DNA of 56,139 bases. Origin: a virus. The notes under the pieces were generated by a model. It ran no database searches and had not been told where the DNA came from. It was given only the letters and a program-made list of their open reading frames with translations. The translations under genes were made by a program, and so were the position numbers. This document shows, one piece after another, positions 1 through 9,318 of this stretch (position 1 is its first letter; every line of letters starts with the position of its first letter). The stretch lies in IMG/VR virus record IMGVR_UViG_3300045988_062174; one strand, given 5' to 3'.

Positions 1-99
1 AGAGTATAAGCTGTTCGACCCGGAAACAGGACACGTTGAGTTGTTTGACCGGTGCATGAATGCGAATGCGCTGGTTGTTTGCTACCAGGAAAAAAAAAC
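1..99. repeat. Terminal overlap copy 1 (identical to 56041-56139); marks circular closure of a 56,040-bp genome
   Basis: Read directly: both copies run agagtataagctgttcgacc...gctaccaggaaaaaaaaac. The overlap lies inside an ORF and preserves its frame (56040 is divisible by 3). Confidence 0.95.
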
Positions 100-793
100 C
101 GGAGAGGCTGTAGGAGAGCCGATATTTGCAAGAGCCGGTACGAGAGCAGATTTGAATAGCTACATTACCTCGAACAGAGGAGAAGAAGCGGCAGCACTGG
201 CAGAGGGAAGAAAAATCAAAAGACCTTCCGAAAGTAAGCTGGCACCGATTGCCTGTAGTATGTTGCCGAGAGATTACGAGATAACGGAGAAAAGCAAGGT
301 ACAGATCATCTCCATTAAGGCAGCAGAGGCACAGTATTACAGACAGCTATGGACGCATAATTTTGTTGGTTCATCGGCTACGTTCAATAGAGCTGTTCTG
401 ATTGACGGGATGGTATCGGGCGTATTTGGGATTTCAAAGATGCAAGCCACATCACTCTTCATCTGGTACGTTATGAAGGTCCCACACACCACGTATCGGC
501 TCGGTAGACTACTGTATATGTTGGCACAGAATCATTGCTTCACAGAAACGCTCCTGGACGATCTGGAACGTGAGAAGGTAACGAAAGTCCGGACCGCCAT
601 GCTGACGAAGTATCCGGAGAACAAAGAAGTCCGGGGCATTATGAAGCTGGTAAACCGGCAGAAGGATAAGAACAACGGTTTCAAGCTGACATACGAAGCG
701 GAGCTGACTGACCGAACAGAGCAGGAAACATTGGAAGAATGGTTAAGGAGGGAAAGACAGTGGCAGAAGAGCAGAAAGCAAAATATGAAATAA
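2..793 (+). CDS. C-terminal part of the junction-spanning N6-adenine DNA methyltransferase (continues from 55436..56139; full protein about 465 aa)
   Basis: The frame is open from base 2 and in phase with the open frame at 55436-56139 across the circular junction. This half has no motif I recognise (possible target-recognition domain). Confidence 0.75.
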   Translation, partial: EYKLFDPETGHVELFDRCMNANALVVCYQEKKTGEAVGEPIFARAGTRADLNSYITSNRGEEAAALAEGRKIKRPSESKLAPIACSMLPRDYEITEKSKVQIISIKAAEAQYYRQLWTHNFVGSSATFNRAVLIDGMVSGVFGISKMQATSLFIWYVMKVPHTTYRLGRLLYMLAQNHCFTETLLDDLEREKVTKVRTAMLTKYPENKEVRGIMKLVNRQKDKNNGFKLTYEAELTDRTEQETLEEWLRRERQWQKSRKQNMK

Positions 794-1665
794 TTTATGA
801 CATGGGTACGGAGCTGTACATTGCGAAGGTGCAGTTAGCCGAGCTTAAGGAGCAGGACATCAATGCCAGGATAATGAAAAATGAGATGCAGGACCAGCTC
901 ACAGCGAACATCAAAAACAGAGGGCAGTTGGAGAGCTTACCTCTGATTGCACTGATGGGAGAGAAGCTGGAGATTATTTCAGGGCATCACAGAGTAAAGA
1001 GTGCAAGAGAGGCTGGACTGAAAGAGATTATCGTTATCCTGGATAAGAGCGGACTGACCCGAAGCAAGGCAGCTTCTAAGCAGTTGGCTCACAATGCAAT
1101 CTCCGGATTTGATGATGAGAGTACGCTGAGAGAGATTGTGAAGCTGATGGATAACGTCGATGATATGATGGAGAGCTATATTGGGAAAGAGATTCTGGAA
1201 GAACCGTTGGAGCAGTTTGATAAGCTGAATACTCCGGCGGTTCAGTTTGATTTCAAGACCATTGCGTTTGCGTTCCTTCCGAACCAGATCAGAGACTTGG
1301 ATGCACTGATGAAGAATCTGAACGGTAGCTGTGCGGAGATTATTGGTGTTGCCTCCTATGAGCAGTGTGAAAAGTTCGTAGAGACACTGGATAAGTACCA
1401 GCAGTTTACGGATATCCGGAACGTAGGGGCGGCGGTCCACTCCATGATTGACGCTGCAAATGAGAAAATGGACGATGCCGGTTTTGACCTGGACATGGAC
1501 TGGACGTACCTTGCGAAAGTATTTGGCAGTGCTGCCATTCCGGTAGAATCGGCAGAAGTAATCAAAAAAGCTCTGAAAAAAGCAGAGAAGGACGGCACGA
1601 TTACCAGTAAGAATAAATGGCAGATGATTGAATACTGGGCGGCTGACTACCTGACAGGGAAGTAG
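739..1665 (+). CDS. ParB N-terminal (ParB/Srx nuclease-like) domain protein
   Basis: Motif LEIISGHHRVKSAREAGLKEIIVIL resembles the ParB N-terminal box. It sits just upstream of terS. The true start may be an internal GTG/ATG after the AAGGAGGG at 744-751. Confidence 0.65.
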   Translation: MVKEGKTVAEEQKAKYEIIYDMGTELYIAKVQLAELKEQDINARIMKNEMQDQLTANIKNRGQLESLPLIALMGEKLEIISGHHRVKSAREAGLKEIIVILDKSGLTRSKAASKQLAHNAISGFDDESTLREIVKLMDNVDDMMESYIGKEILEEPLEQFDKLNTPAVQFDFKTIAFAFLPNQIRDLDALMKNLNGSCAEIIGVASYEQCEKFVETLDKYQQFTDIRNVGAAVHSMIDAANEKMDDAGFDLDMDWTYLAKVFGSAAIPVESAEVIKKALKKAEKDGTITSKNKWQMIEYWAADYLTGK

Positions 1666-1673
1666 GTGGTTGA

Positions 1674-2135
1674 ATGGCGGCAAAGCAGAAGTATGATGAG
1701 AGATTTGTAAAAATTGCCAAGGTATTGTGCATGAGAGGCGGTACGGATGAGGATTTAGCTGACGCATTCGAGGTATCTCCGAGGACAATCAACCGTTGGA
1801 AAAAGGATTACCCGGAGTTTGCAGAGGCTCTGGCCGCCGGAAAAGAGTATGCAGATGCAGAAGTCGAACTGAGTCTGTATAAGCGAGCAAAAGGAAGTAA
1901 GAAGAAAACGAAAGTAACCCGGAAAATTATTGAGATGGACAAAGACGGTAATACCAAGCCTGCGAAGATAGAGACGGTTGAGACCGAAGAGGACATCATA
2001 CCGGACGTAGGAGCGTGCTGTTTCTGGTTGAAGAATCGTAGGCCGGACATCTGGAGAGATAAGCAGGAAATTGGTCTTTACGAGATAGAAGACATGGAGG
2101 GTATCGAAGCCGACATTTATGGCGGCGAAGAATAA
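1674..2135 (+). CDS. terS: Terminase small subunit
   Basis: HTH segment FEVSPRTINRWKKDYPEFAEAL and C-terminal WLKNRRPDIWRDKQE are typical of Firmicute phage TerS. It lies directly upstream of and overlaps terL. Confidence 0.75.
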   Translation: MAAKQKYDERFVKIAKVLCMRGGTDEDLADAFEVSPRTINRWKKDYPEFAEALAAGKEYADAEVELSLYKRAKGSKKKTKVTRKIIEMDKDGNTKPAKIETVETEEDIIPDVGACCFWLKNRRPDIWRDKQEIGLYEIEDMEGIEADIYGGEE

Positions 2136-3519
2136 GGGCTTATCCAACCCGTATGTCAAGGTCAACAGGCGCAAGCGTATAGGGTTCAATTTCAGCGACA
2201 AGCACAAGCGGTATATCAAAAATTGTGCGAACAGTACCTACAATATCCTGGAAGGTGCTGTTCGTTCCGGTAAGACGGTAGATAATGTTTTCGCATTTGC
2301 TCACGAATTAAAAACGACGAAGGATAGAATCCACCTGGCGACTGGTTCGACTATGGCGAATGCTAAGCTGAACATTGGAGATGCTAATGGGTTCGGTCTT
2401 GAGTATATATTTCGTGGGCAGTGCAGGTGGACTCAGTACAAAGGGAATGACTGCCTGCTGATAAATGGCCCGGATACGGGGTACAAAGACAAGATTGTAA
2501 TCTTCGCTGGAGGTGCAGCGTCCGATAGTTACAAGAAAATCCGAGGTAACTCATATGGTATGTGGATTGCAACCGAGATCAACCTGCATCATGACAACAC
2601 CATCAAAGAGGCATTCAACCGACAACTGGCAGCCAAGAACAGAAAAATCTTCTGGGACTTGAACCCAGACCATCCCAAGGCAGCGATATACGTTGATTAC
2701 ATTGACAAATACGCTGAGAAAGCGGCCAAGGGAGAGCTTCTGGGTGGTTACAATTACGAGCATTTCAATATCTTCGAGAATATCAACATCCCGAAGCAGA
2801 GAATAGCTGAGATTGTCAGCCAGTATGACAAGGACAGCATCTGGTACATCCGAGATATTGAAGGTAAGAGAAGTATTGCAGAAGGCCTGATATACGTTAA
2901 GCTGGCAACTTCCATAGCGGCGGAGGATGATGAGTACATCGTGCCGTTGGAAGAGACGATTGACATGGCGAAACGTGGAGAGTTCATAGAGCTGAATATA
3001 GGCGTGGACTTCGGAGGTAACGGCTCCGGCCACGCTTTTGTTGCGTCTGGAATTACCCAGGGATATGAGAAACTGTATGTGCTGTCCTCTGAATGGCACG
3101 ATGCAGACGGAACAGACCCCGATGATTTGAACCGGATGTTTATGAAATTCGTTGAGAAGATATTGGACCGGTACGGATTCATTACGAATGTGTACTGCGA
3201 TTCTGCGGAACTGGTGCTGAAACGAGGTTTGCAGAAAGCTATGATTGAGGCGGAACTGGGAAATATCAATGTCACGAATGCTGCCAAGTGCAAGATTACA
3301 GACCGTATCTTCACAATGACCACGCTCTCAGCAACTGGGCGTGTGTTCTTTACGCCAGATTGTGAAAGTGTTCTCGAAGCTATCAGCATGGCGGTTTGGA
3401 ATCCGAAGAAAATGGAACTGGAGCGTCTGGATGATGGAACCAGTGATATTGACTCTCTGGATGCTATGGAGTACAGCTTCGAGAAGAGGATAAAGAAATT
3501 CATTAAGAAGACGGGGTGA
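2119..3519 (+). CDS. terL: Terminase large subunit (PBSX/headful-like)
   Basis: 466 aa with a Walker A-like GAVRSGKT near the N-terminus. It sits between terS and portal and ends in TGA. Confidence 0.9.
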   Translation: MAAKNKGLSNPYVKVNRRKRIGFNFSDKHKRYIKNCANSTYNILEGAVRSGKTVDNVFAFAHELKTTKDRIHLATGSTMANAKLNIGDANGFGLEYIFRGQCRWTQYKGNDCLLINGPDTGYKDKIVIFAGGAASDSYKKIRGNSYGMWIATEINLHHDNTIKEAFNRQLAAKNRKIFWDLNPDHPKAAIYVDYIDKYAEKAAKGELLGGYNYEHFNIFENINIPKQRIAEIVSQYDKDSIWYIRDIEGKRSIAEGLIYVKLATSIAAEDDEYIVPLEETIDMAKRGEFIELNIGVDFGGNGSGHAFVASGITQGYEKLYVLSSEWHDADGTDPDDLNRMFMKFVEKILDRYGFITNVYCDSAELVLKRGLQKAMIEAELGNINVTNAAKCKITDRIFTMTTLSATGRVFFTPDCESVLEAISMAVWNPKKMELERLDDGTSDIDSLDAMEYSFEKRIKKFIKKTG

Positions 3520-3524
3520 ACTGA

Positions 3525-4982
3525 TTGAGAATTGCAAATATATTGAGAAAGGTGTTGAGAAGATTGGTGCCGAATAACAGTGTGGAAAAAGCCCTGGGCG
3601 TTGATATATGCGAATCCGGAGTAATGCAGAATGCCATAGAGCTGTGGCACAACATGTACAAGAATGAACCGCCCTGGAGAGGTGGAGAAGACAATGTGAT
3701 TCCTCTGAATCTGCCGGCAGCGATCTCGGAGGAATTTGCCAGGCTGATACTAACGGAGTTCAGCATGGAGGTAACTGGCAGTCCGATGGCTGCTTTCATC
3801 AATGAACAGTTGAAAGACCAGCTTACGGACTTGAACAAATTTGTTGAGATGTACTGCGAAGGTGGGGCTATTGCGGTAAAGCCGTTCGTGACGAACATAG
3901 ACGAAAACGGAAGACCAACGGCAATCGAGTTGGATTTCGTGAAAGCGGTGGATTTCTTCCCATGTGCGTTCAACAACAAGGGAGAGATAACGGCGGCGGT
4001 GTTTGTGGAAGGAAAGAAGATAGGAGATTACCTGTATACCAGGCTTGAATACCATGAGCTTACGGGAATGACCTATACGATCATCAACAAGGCGTTCAAA
4101 TCTGAGGAGATTTACCAGTACAACGATGATGGGACCTATGCTGTGAGGGATAGATTCCGGAAAGAAGTACCACTGTCTGAGGTGGATGAATGGGCGGGCC
4201 TGTCGGAAGAGCCGGTAATTATCGGTAACATCGACAAGCCACTTTTTGCGTACATCAAAGTACCAAAGGCAAACAATATCGATACGGATTCGCCATTGGG
4301 GGTATCAGTGTTCTCCAGAGCTACGGAGATAATAGAACAAGCTGACATTCAGTACGGGCGTGTATTGTGGGAGTATAAAGCCACAGAAGCTGCTATCCTG
4401 GGCGATTCTGAGTTGTTCCAGACAGATAAGCATGGAAAGCCGGTTCTTCCGGCAGGACAGGAAAGGATGTTCAAGACATTTGACTTCGACAATGCGGATG
4501 GAACTAACAAGGGGCTGCTGAAAGAGTATGCACCGCAGATTCGCCACGAAGCGTTGTTCCAGGGACTGAATAAGCTGCTAATGAAAATAGAGTTCCTGGT
4601 TGGTCTTGCCTACGGCACACTGTCTGAACCAACGGACATTGAGAAGACGGCATACGAAATCCGGGTATCAAAGCAGAGGTCATACCATACGGTAACGGCG
4701 ATGCAGGACGCATGGCATAAGGGATTTGAGAAAATCATATACGCCATGAGAGTTCTGGCGTTGCTTTATGATATGGTTCCAGACGGAGAAACGGAGCTGA
4801 ACTGCAACTGGGGCGATGGAGTTCTGGAAGACACAGAAGCTGAGTATCAGCGTAGATGGTCCATGGTGGTTGCCGGAAAGCTGAAAACAGAAGCGTTTCT
4901 CGCGTGGTATTTCGGATGCTCGGAGGAAGAGGCAAAGAACATGATGCCGGAGCCGGTAGCCAGATTTCCTACAGAAGAATAG
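3525..4982 (+). CDS. Portal protein
   Basis: 485 aa directly after terL, the usual size and position for SPP1-type portals. A TTG start is predicted. Confidence 0.8.
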   Translation: MRIANILRKVLRRLVPNNSVEKALGVDICESGVMQNAIELWHNMYKNEPPWRGGEDNVIPLNLPAAISEEFARLILTEFSMEVTGSPMAAFINEQLKDQLTDLNKFVEMYCEGGAIAVKPFVTNIDENGRPTAIELDFVKAVDFFPCAFNNKGEITAAVFVEGKKIGDYLYTRLEYHELTGMTYTIINKAFKSEEIYQYNDDGTYAVRDRFRKEVPLSEVDEWAGLSEEPVIIGNIDKPLFAYIKVPKANNIDTDSPLGVSVFSRATEIIEQADIQYGRVLWEYKATEAAILGDSELFQTDKHGKPVLPAGQERMFKTFDFDNADGTNKGLLKEYAPQIRHEALFQGLNKLLMKIEFLVGLAYGTLSEPTDIEKTAYEIRVSKQRSYHTVTAMQDAWHKGFEKIIYAMRVLALLYDMVPDGETELNCNWGDGVLEDTEAEYQRRWSMVVAGKLKTEAFLAWYFGCSEEEAKNMMPEPVARFPTEE

Positions 4983-4996
4983 GGGGGGTGTGAGCA

Positions 4997-6235
4997 GTGC
5001 TGACACCAGAATATTTGAATAGCTTTTCTTCCGGCTATCTGGGAATGTGCGATGTGCTGAATGAGCAGATCATCCGAGATGTGGCACGAAGGATAGCGAA
5101 GACCGGAAGAATTACACCGACAGCCGAGTGGCAGTTGAAGCAGGCAAAGCAGTCCGGAGCATTGATGAATGATGTAATCCGGGAGGTCGGGGTTCTGACT
5201 GGAAAATCCGATACGGAGATATTACGCTTATTCCAGGATGCAGGCTTGACCGGGATGTTGCAGGATGCAAAGCCGCTATTGCAGGCCGGAAAGCTGAAAA
5301 CCTCGGATATTGTTCTTTCTGGAGCGATGCAGAGGACCATGGAGGCAGCCGCAGAGAAGTGCAGGGGAGAGATTGGAAACCTTACGCTGACAACGGCGAT
5401 AGCCACACAGCAGGAGTATATGCAGGCACTGAACGCAGCCTATATGAAGGTTACGTCTGGTGCTTTTTCATACCAGGAGGCAATCAGACAGGCTATCCGG
5501 GATGCGGCAGTCAAAGGAACATCGGTCATGTATGACAGTGGGTATATCTCAAAGCTGGATACGGCAATCAGAACTGCTCTGCTAACCGGAGTAAATCAGA
5601 CAGCAGGAAAGCTGACGGAGTTGTATGCTTCGGAGCTTGGAGCTGAGTATTACGAGACAACAGCTCATGCAGGAGCCAGACCCTCACACTCAGTCTGGCA
5701 GGGCAAGGTGTTCAAGATTGAGGGCACAGCTCCGGGGTATGAGAACTTCTACGAGGCAACCGGATATGGAACAGGAGCCGGTTTGTGCGGTTGGAATTGC
5801 AGGCATAGCTTCTATCCGTACTGGCCGGGAGTTTCAAAACCGGCATACACGAAAGATGATCTTGAGGATTACAGCAGACCGAAGTATTCGTTTGCAGGGA
5901 ACCTTCTTACGGAGTATGAGTGTATGCAGAAACAACGGGAGTATGAAAGGGCAGTTAGGGAGTACAAGAGAATCCTGGCCGCCTATGATTCGTATATCCA
6001 GACGGTCCAGTCAGAAACAGACAGAGCGTACTTCCGGGAGGAGTTCCAGAAAGAATCTGTGAAGCTGAAAGAGAAGGAATCGCAGATGAAAGATTTCTGC
6101 AAGCAGACTGGACGGAGCATAGATACTGCCAGAACGCAGGTATCAGCCGTATATGACGGCAACGGTAACTTGGCATCATTTAACCACTCAGTCAGTGGAA
6201 AAGCTGTATGGGCGAATAAGAAAGCGAGGAAATAA
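4997..6235 (+). CDS. Minor head / head-morphogenesis protein (Mu F / SPP1 gp7 family)
   Basis: Motif GWNCRHSFYPYWPG is characteristic of the Phage_Mu_F domain. It follows the portal gene. Confidence 0.8.
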   Translation: MLTPEYLNSFSSGYLGMCDVLNEQIIRDVARRIAKTGRITPTAEWQLKQAKQSGALMNDVIREVGVLTGKSDTEILRLFQDAGLTGMLQDAKPLLQAGKLKTSDIVLSGAMQRTMEAAAEKCRGEIGNLTLTTAIATQQEYMQALNAAYMKVTSGAFSYQEAIRQAIRDAAVKGTSVMYDSGYISKLDTAIRTALLTGVNQTAGKLTELYASELGAEYYETTAHAGARPSHSVWQGKVFKIEGTAPGYENFYEATGYGTGAGLCGWNCRHSFYPYWPGVSKPAYTKDDLEDYSRPKYSFAGNLLTEYECMQKQREYERAVREYKRILAAYDSYIQTVQSETDRAYFREEFQKESVKLKEKESQMKDFCKQTGRSIDTARTQVSAVYDGNGNLASFNHSVSGKAVWANKKARK

Positions 6236-6237
6236 GC

Positions 6238-6966
6238 ATGAAGAAAGAAGAACTGATGAAGCAGTATGAGGAGCTGAAAGGGAAAGGCAAAGAGCCGGAA
6301 ATGATTTTCCTGTATATCCACATGCCGACCGGAGAGACAGAAACCATTGTCAATCCGAATGTTGAGGAGAAGATGAAGTACATTGACCGCACCTACAATG
6401 AAGACCTGGTTCATGCGAACTGCAAGGACATTTACATTGAGCAGGCTTGTATTTGTGCCGATTTCGGACCATCCATGATGTTTTCGGATGCATATATGCT
6501 GATGAAACAGGGCATGAAGGTAAAACTGCCAAACTGGGGCGGCTACTGGTACTGGGATGCAGAGAAGAAAACAATCATGATGCACACCAAAGACGGAGAA
6601 GAACTGGATATTCGCCAGACAGACCGCCCGGAGTACACCTTCGACAATATTGCGTCTGACGAATGGCAGATTGCAGATGAAGAGAACTGCCCGGAACTCG
6701 GCGGAGAGGCTACGTTTGGATTCGGGGATGCGTACAAATTCCTGGAACGTGGTGTCAAGGTGGCAAGAAAAGGCTGGAACGGAAAAGGAATTTACCTTGA
6801 AATGCAGTTCCCGGATGAACACAGCAAAATGACTCAGCAGTATGTCTATATCGTCACTACCGGACTTGTGACCGACAACGAAAATGCACCGAAAGGGCTT
6901 GTGCCATGGACGCCGTCTCAGACAGATATGGCAGCTAAGGACTGGGTTGTATTCACAGAAGAGTAG
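6238..6966 (+). CDS. Tandem DUF2829-domain protein (Thoeris anti-defence Tad2-like)
   Basis: C-terminal module FGDAYKFLERGVKVARKGWNGKGIYL...PWTPSQTDMAAKDWVVF matches the DUF2829 pattern. An upstream second module reads FSDAYMLMKQGMKVKLPNWGGYWYWD...ASDEWQIADE. Confidence 0.7.
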   Translation: MKKEELMKQYEELKGKGKEPEMIFLYIHMPTGETETIVNPNVEEKMKYIDRTYNEDLVHANCKDIYIEQACICADFGPSMMFSDAYMLMKQGMKVKLPNWGGYWYWDAEKKTIMMHTKDGEELDIRQTDRPEYTFDNIASDEWQIADEENCPELGGEATFGFGDAYKFLERGVKVARKGWNGKGIYLEMQFPDEHSKMTQQYVYIVTTGLVTDNENAPKGLVPWTPSQTDMAAKDWVVFTEE

Positions 6967-7134
6967 GAAGGAGGTGATCCTGCTATCTCCCATCCATGGG
7001 TTAAATGGTATTTGCCCCGTATAGGGCCGTAACTTATTAACCCTTACAATTTACCATTGAAGCACTTAAAACGTGTCCTGGGAACTCTCAGAAGTTCGTA
7101 GACACCCTTTAAGACCACGAAAACAATTAACAGT

Positions 7135-7173
7135 CAGCCGGTCCGTTGGTGGAACGTCTGGCTGTTGTTTTTT
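7135..7173 (+). terminator. Rho-independent terminator after the DUF2829 gene
   Basis: Imperfect 11-bp stem CAGCCGGTCCGTT / AACGTCTGGCTG with a 5-nt loop, followed by TTGTTTTTT. Confidence 0.55.
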
Positions 7174-7300
7174 GCCCTGTGATATGGCATATAAACTGTC
7201 TCCTTCTCTTGCGTGCGGAGATATAAATGCACGATAGCAGTGCCGGAGTGAACCGGAATCTAAACGAAATCAGCGAAACGAAGAAAGGAAGGTAAGTGAA

Positions 7301-7987
7301 ATGGCTTACGAATTTTTGAAGAAACTTTTTGGAACCCCGAAGGACGGCGAAGAGCCTAAGACTATGACCTATGCGGAACTGGAGGCGGCGATTGATGCTG
7401 ACAAGAAAATCCAGGTAGTAGATGTGAAAGCCGGAGGCTATGTGTCGAAGGAAAAACTGGATGCCAAGATTACAGAGCTGGACGGAGTAAAGCAGCAGTT
7501 GTCAGATGCCAATACAACGATCCAGTCCTACAAGGACATGGATATTGACGGTATTAAGCAGTCTGCAAAGGACTGGGAGACGAAGTACACCCAGGAAACA
7601 CAGAAGCTGACCGCACAGCTTGCAGCCCAGGAGCGTACTCATGCACTAGATATGTTCATGGGTGGTTATAAGTTCTCGAGCAAGCCTGCTGAAAACGGTG
7701 TAAGAGCAGAGTTTGAAAAGAAGAACTTTACCCTGGAAGACGGAAAGTTCCTGGGAGGCGATGAGTTTATGAAGTCCCTTATGGAGAATGACGACTACAA
7801 GGGAGCTTTTGTTATCGAAGATGATAACGATCCGGAAGACGATTCCCATGAGGAAGAGGAAGGAAAGCCGTTCTTTGCGAGAGGAGTTGGAGGAACTGGC
7901 GGAGCCGGAGGCGAAGGAGTCAAAGGCAAAGAAACACCGTTTAATCCGTTCGGGTTCAACTTAATCAGACAGCCAGACAAAAACTAA
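7301..7987 (+). CDS. Capsid scaffolding protein
   Basis: 228 aa, coiled-coil rich with an acidic and Gly-rich tail, immediately upstream of the major capsid gene. Confidence 0.7.
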   Translation: MAYEFLKKLFGTPKDGEEPKTMTYAELEAAIDADKKIQVVDVKAGGYVSKEKLDAKITELDGVKQQLSDANTTIQSYKDMDIDGIKQSAKDWETKYTQETQKLTAQLAAQERTHALDMFMGGYKFSSKPAENGVRAEFEKKNFTLEDGKFLGGDEFMKSLMENDDYKGAFVIEDDNDPEDDSHEEEEGKPFFARGVGGTGGAGGEGVKGKETPFNPFGFNLIRQPDKN

Positions 7988-8002
7988 CAGGAGGAGAATA
8001 AA

Positions 8003-8899
8003 ATGGCGAAATTAAATTATGCAACCGAGTATTTACAGACACTGGAGCAGATGTTTCCGTATGTCCTGTATTTTGGAGATTTATTTGCGACACCGAATAA
8101 TGGAAGATTCCGTTGGGTAAATTCCAGAGTTATCGAGGTGCCGACAATTTCCACAACTGGCCGTACCGATGGAGATAGAGATACCATCGGGACCAGAAAG
8201 CGTAACTATAACAATGAGTGGAAACCGCTGACTCTGGAGAACCACAGACAGTGGCAGACACTGGTGCATCCGAGAGATATTGCCGAGACCAAGGGTGTAG
8301 TGGCAATTGGAAATATCACGAAGGTTTACAACGAGGAGCAGAAGTTCCCGGAGATGAATGCTTACTGCATTTCCAAGCTGTATGCAGACTGGACCACTGA
8401 CGGAGCGAAGACAGCCCACAGTGAAGTGCTGACAGAGGAGAATGTGCTGACCGTCTTTGATGAGATGATGAAGGACATGGATAATAAGAGAGTTCCGAGA
8501 GCCGGAAGAATCCTGTATGTGACACCGGATGTCAGAACGCTCATCAACAATGCGAAGCAGATTTACAGAACCGTTGATGTTGGCAGCCGTTCTGATGCAA
8601 TCAAGAGAGCAATCAACTCTATTGATGATGTGAAGATTCCGGAGAGCGTACCGAGTGACATGATGCGGACGAAGTACGACTTTACCGAGGGTTGGAAAGT
8701 GGATTCCACAGCGAAGCAGATCAATATGGTTCTGGTGCATCCGATGGCGGTAATCACACCGATTTCCTACGAGTTCGCTCAGCTCGACCCGCCATCCGCA
8801 GGTTCCCAGGGCAAGTATGACTACTTCGAGGAATCTTTTGAGGATGTATTTATCTTGCCTCACAAGATGGACGCTATTGATTTCCATGTGAGTGCATAA
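8003..8899 (+). CDS. Major capsid protein
   Basis: 298 aa with a strong RBS (AGGAGGAG), located after the scaffold gene. The N-terminus MAKLNYATEYLQTLEQ resembles siphovirus capsid families. Confidence 0.8.
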   Translation: MAKLNYATEYLQTLEQMFPYVLYFGDLFATPNNGRFRWVNSRVIEVPTISTTGRTDGDRDTIGTRKRNYNNEWKPLTLENHRQWQTLVHPRDIAETKGVVAIGNITKVYNEEQKFPEMNAYCISKLYADWTTDGAKTAHSEVLTEENVLTVFDEMMKDMDNKRVPRAGRILYVTPDVRTLINNAKQIYRTVDVGSRSDAIKRAINSIDDVKIPESVPSDMMRTKYDFTEGWKVDSTAKQINMVLVHPMAVITPISYEFAQLDPPSAGSQGKYDYFEESFEDVFILPHKMDAIDFHVSA

Positions 8900-8960
8900 G
8901 AGAAACTGATTACTGGCTCTGTGCATGTGCACGGAGCCAATTTTTGAAGGGAGAAACCAT

Positions 8961-9308
8961 ATGTATAAAGTTGAGAAAAAGAACAGAGTTCTCAGAATCC
9001 CGGATGAGAAATTCGATGAGTACAAGAAGATGGGCTACATTATCCGGGATGAGAATGACAATGTGCTGTTCGAGCCGGAGAACATCAAGGCGACTGCCGA
9101 AAAACTCAAAAAGGAGAACGATAAGCTGAAAGCCAAGCTGGAAGAGGTTACCCTGTATGCGGAGAATGCAGACAAGAAGATTGCCGAGCTTCAGAAGGAG
9201 AACGATAAGCTGAAAGCGGCAGTCCAGGCACAGTCCGCAACAGGAGATGCAGACCCGGCAGAGGCTGAAAAGAAAGCAGCAGCAAAAGGCTCAAAGAAAA
9301 CTGAGTAG
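8961..9308 (+). CDS. Small coiled-coil protein (115 aa), paralog-like to 9319..9510
   Basis: RBS GAAGGGAG lies before the ATG at 8961. It shares the N-terminal motif RIPxxKxxxYKxMGY with the next ORF. Confidence 0.5.
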   Translation: MYKVEKKNRVLRIPDEKFDEYKKMGYIIRDENDNVLFEPENIKATAEKLKKENDKLKAKLEEVTLYAENADKKIAELQKENDKLKAAVQAQSATGDADPAEAEKKAAAKGSKKTE

Positions 9309-9318
9309 GAGGTAGCTT

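Noticed and set aside
1-99. True direct terminal repeats (physical genome ends)
   Set aside because: The repeat lies in the middle of the methyltransferase ORF, is exactly 99 bp (a k-mer-like size), and the terminase looks headful-type. It is more likely an assembler overlap of a circular or permuted genome.
5983-6993. 336-aa minus-strand ORF, and similar long antisense ORFs at 979..1788, 2754..3650, 8081..9025, 32033..32914, 36174..36983, 55319..55852 and the + strand ORF 42043..42831
   Set aside because: All are antisense to genes with recognisable motifs or strong RBS and coupling. They have no start signals and a skewed composition, so they are shadow ORFs.
6968-7030. Small ORF served by the 13-nt super Shine-Dalgarno
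   Set aside because: Only non-canonical starts (CTG at 6980, ATC at 6985) lie at suitable spacing, and they give 14-15-aa products. The ATG at 6995 encodes Met-Gly-stop. This is not enough support to call a CDS.
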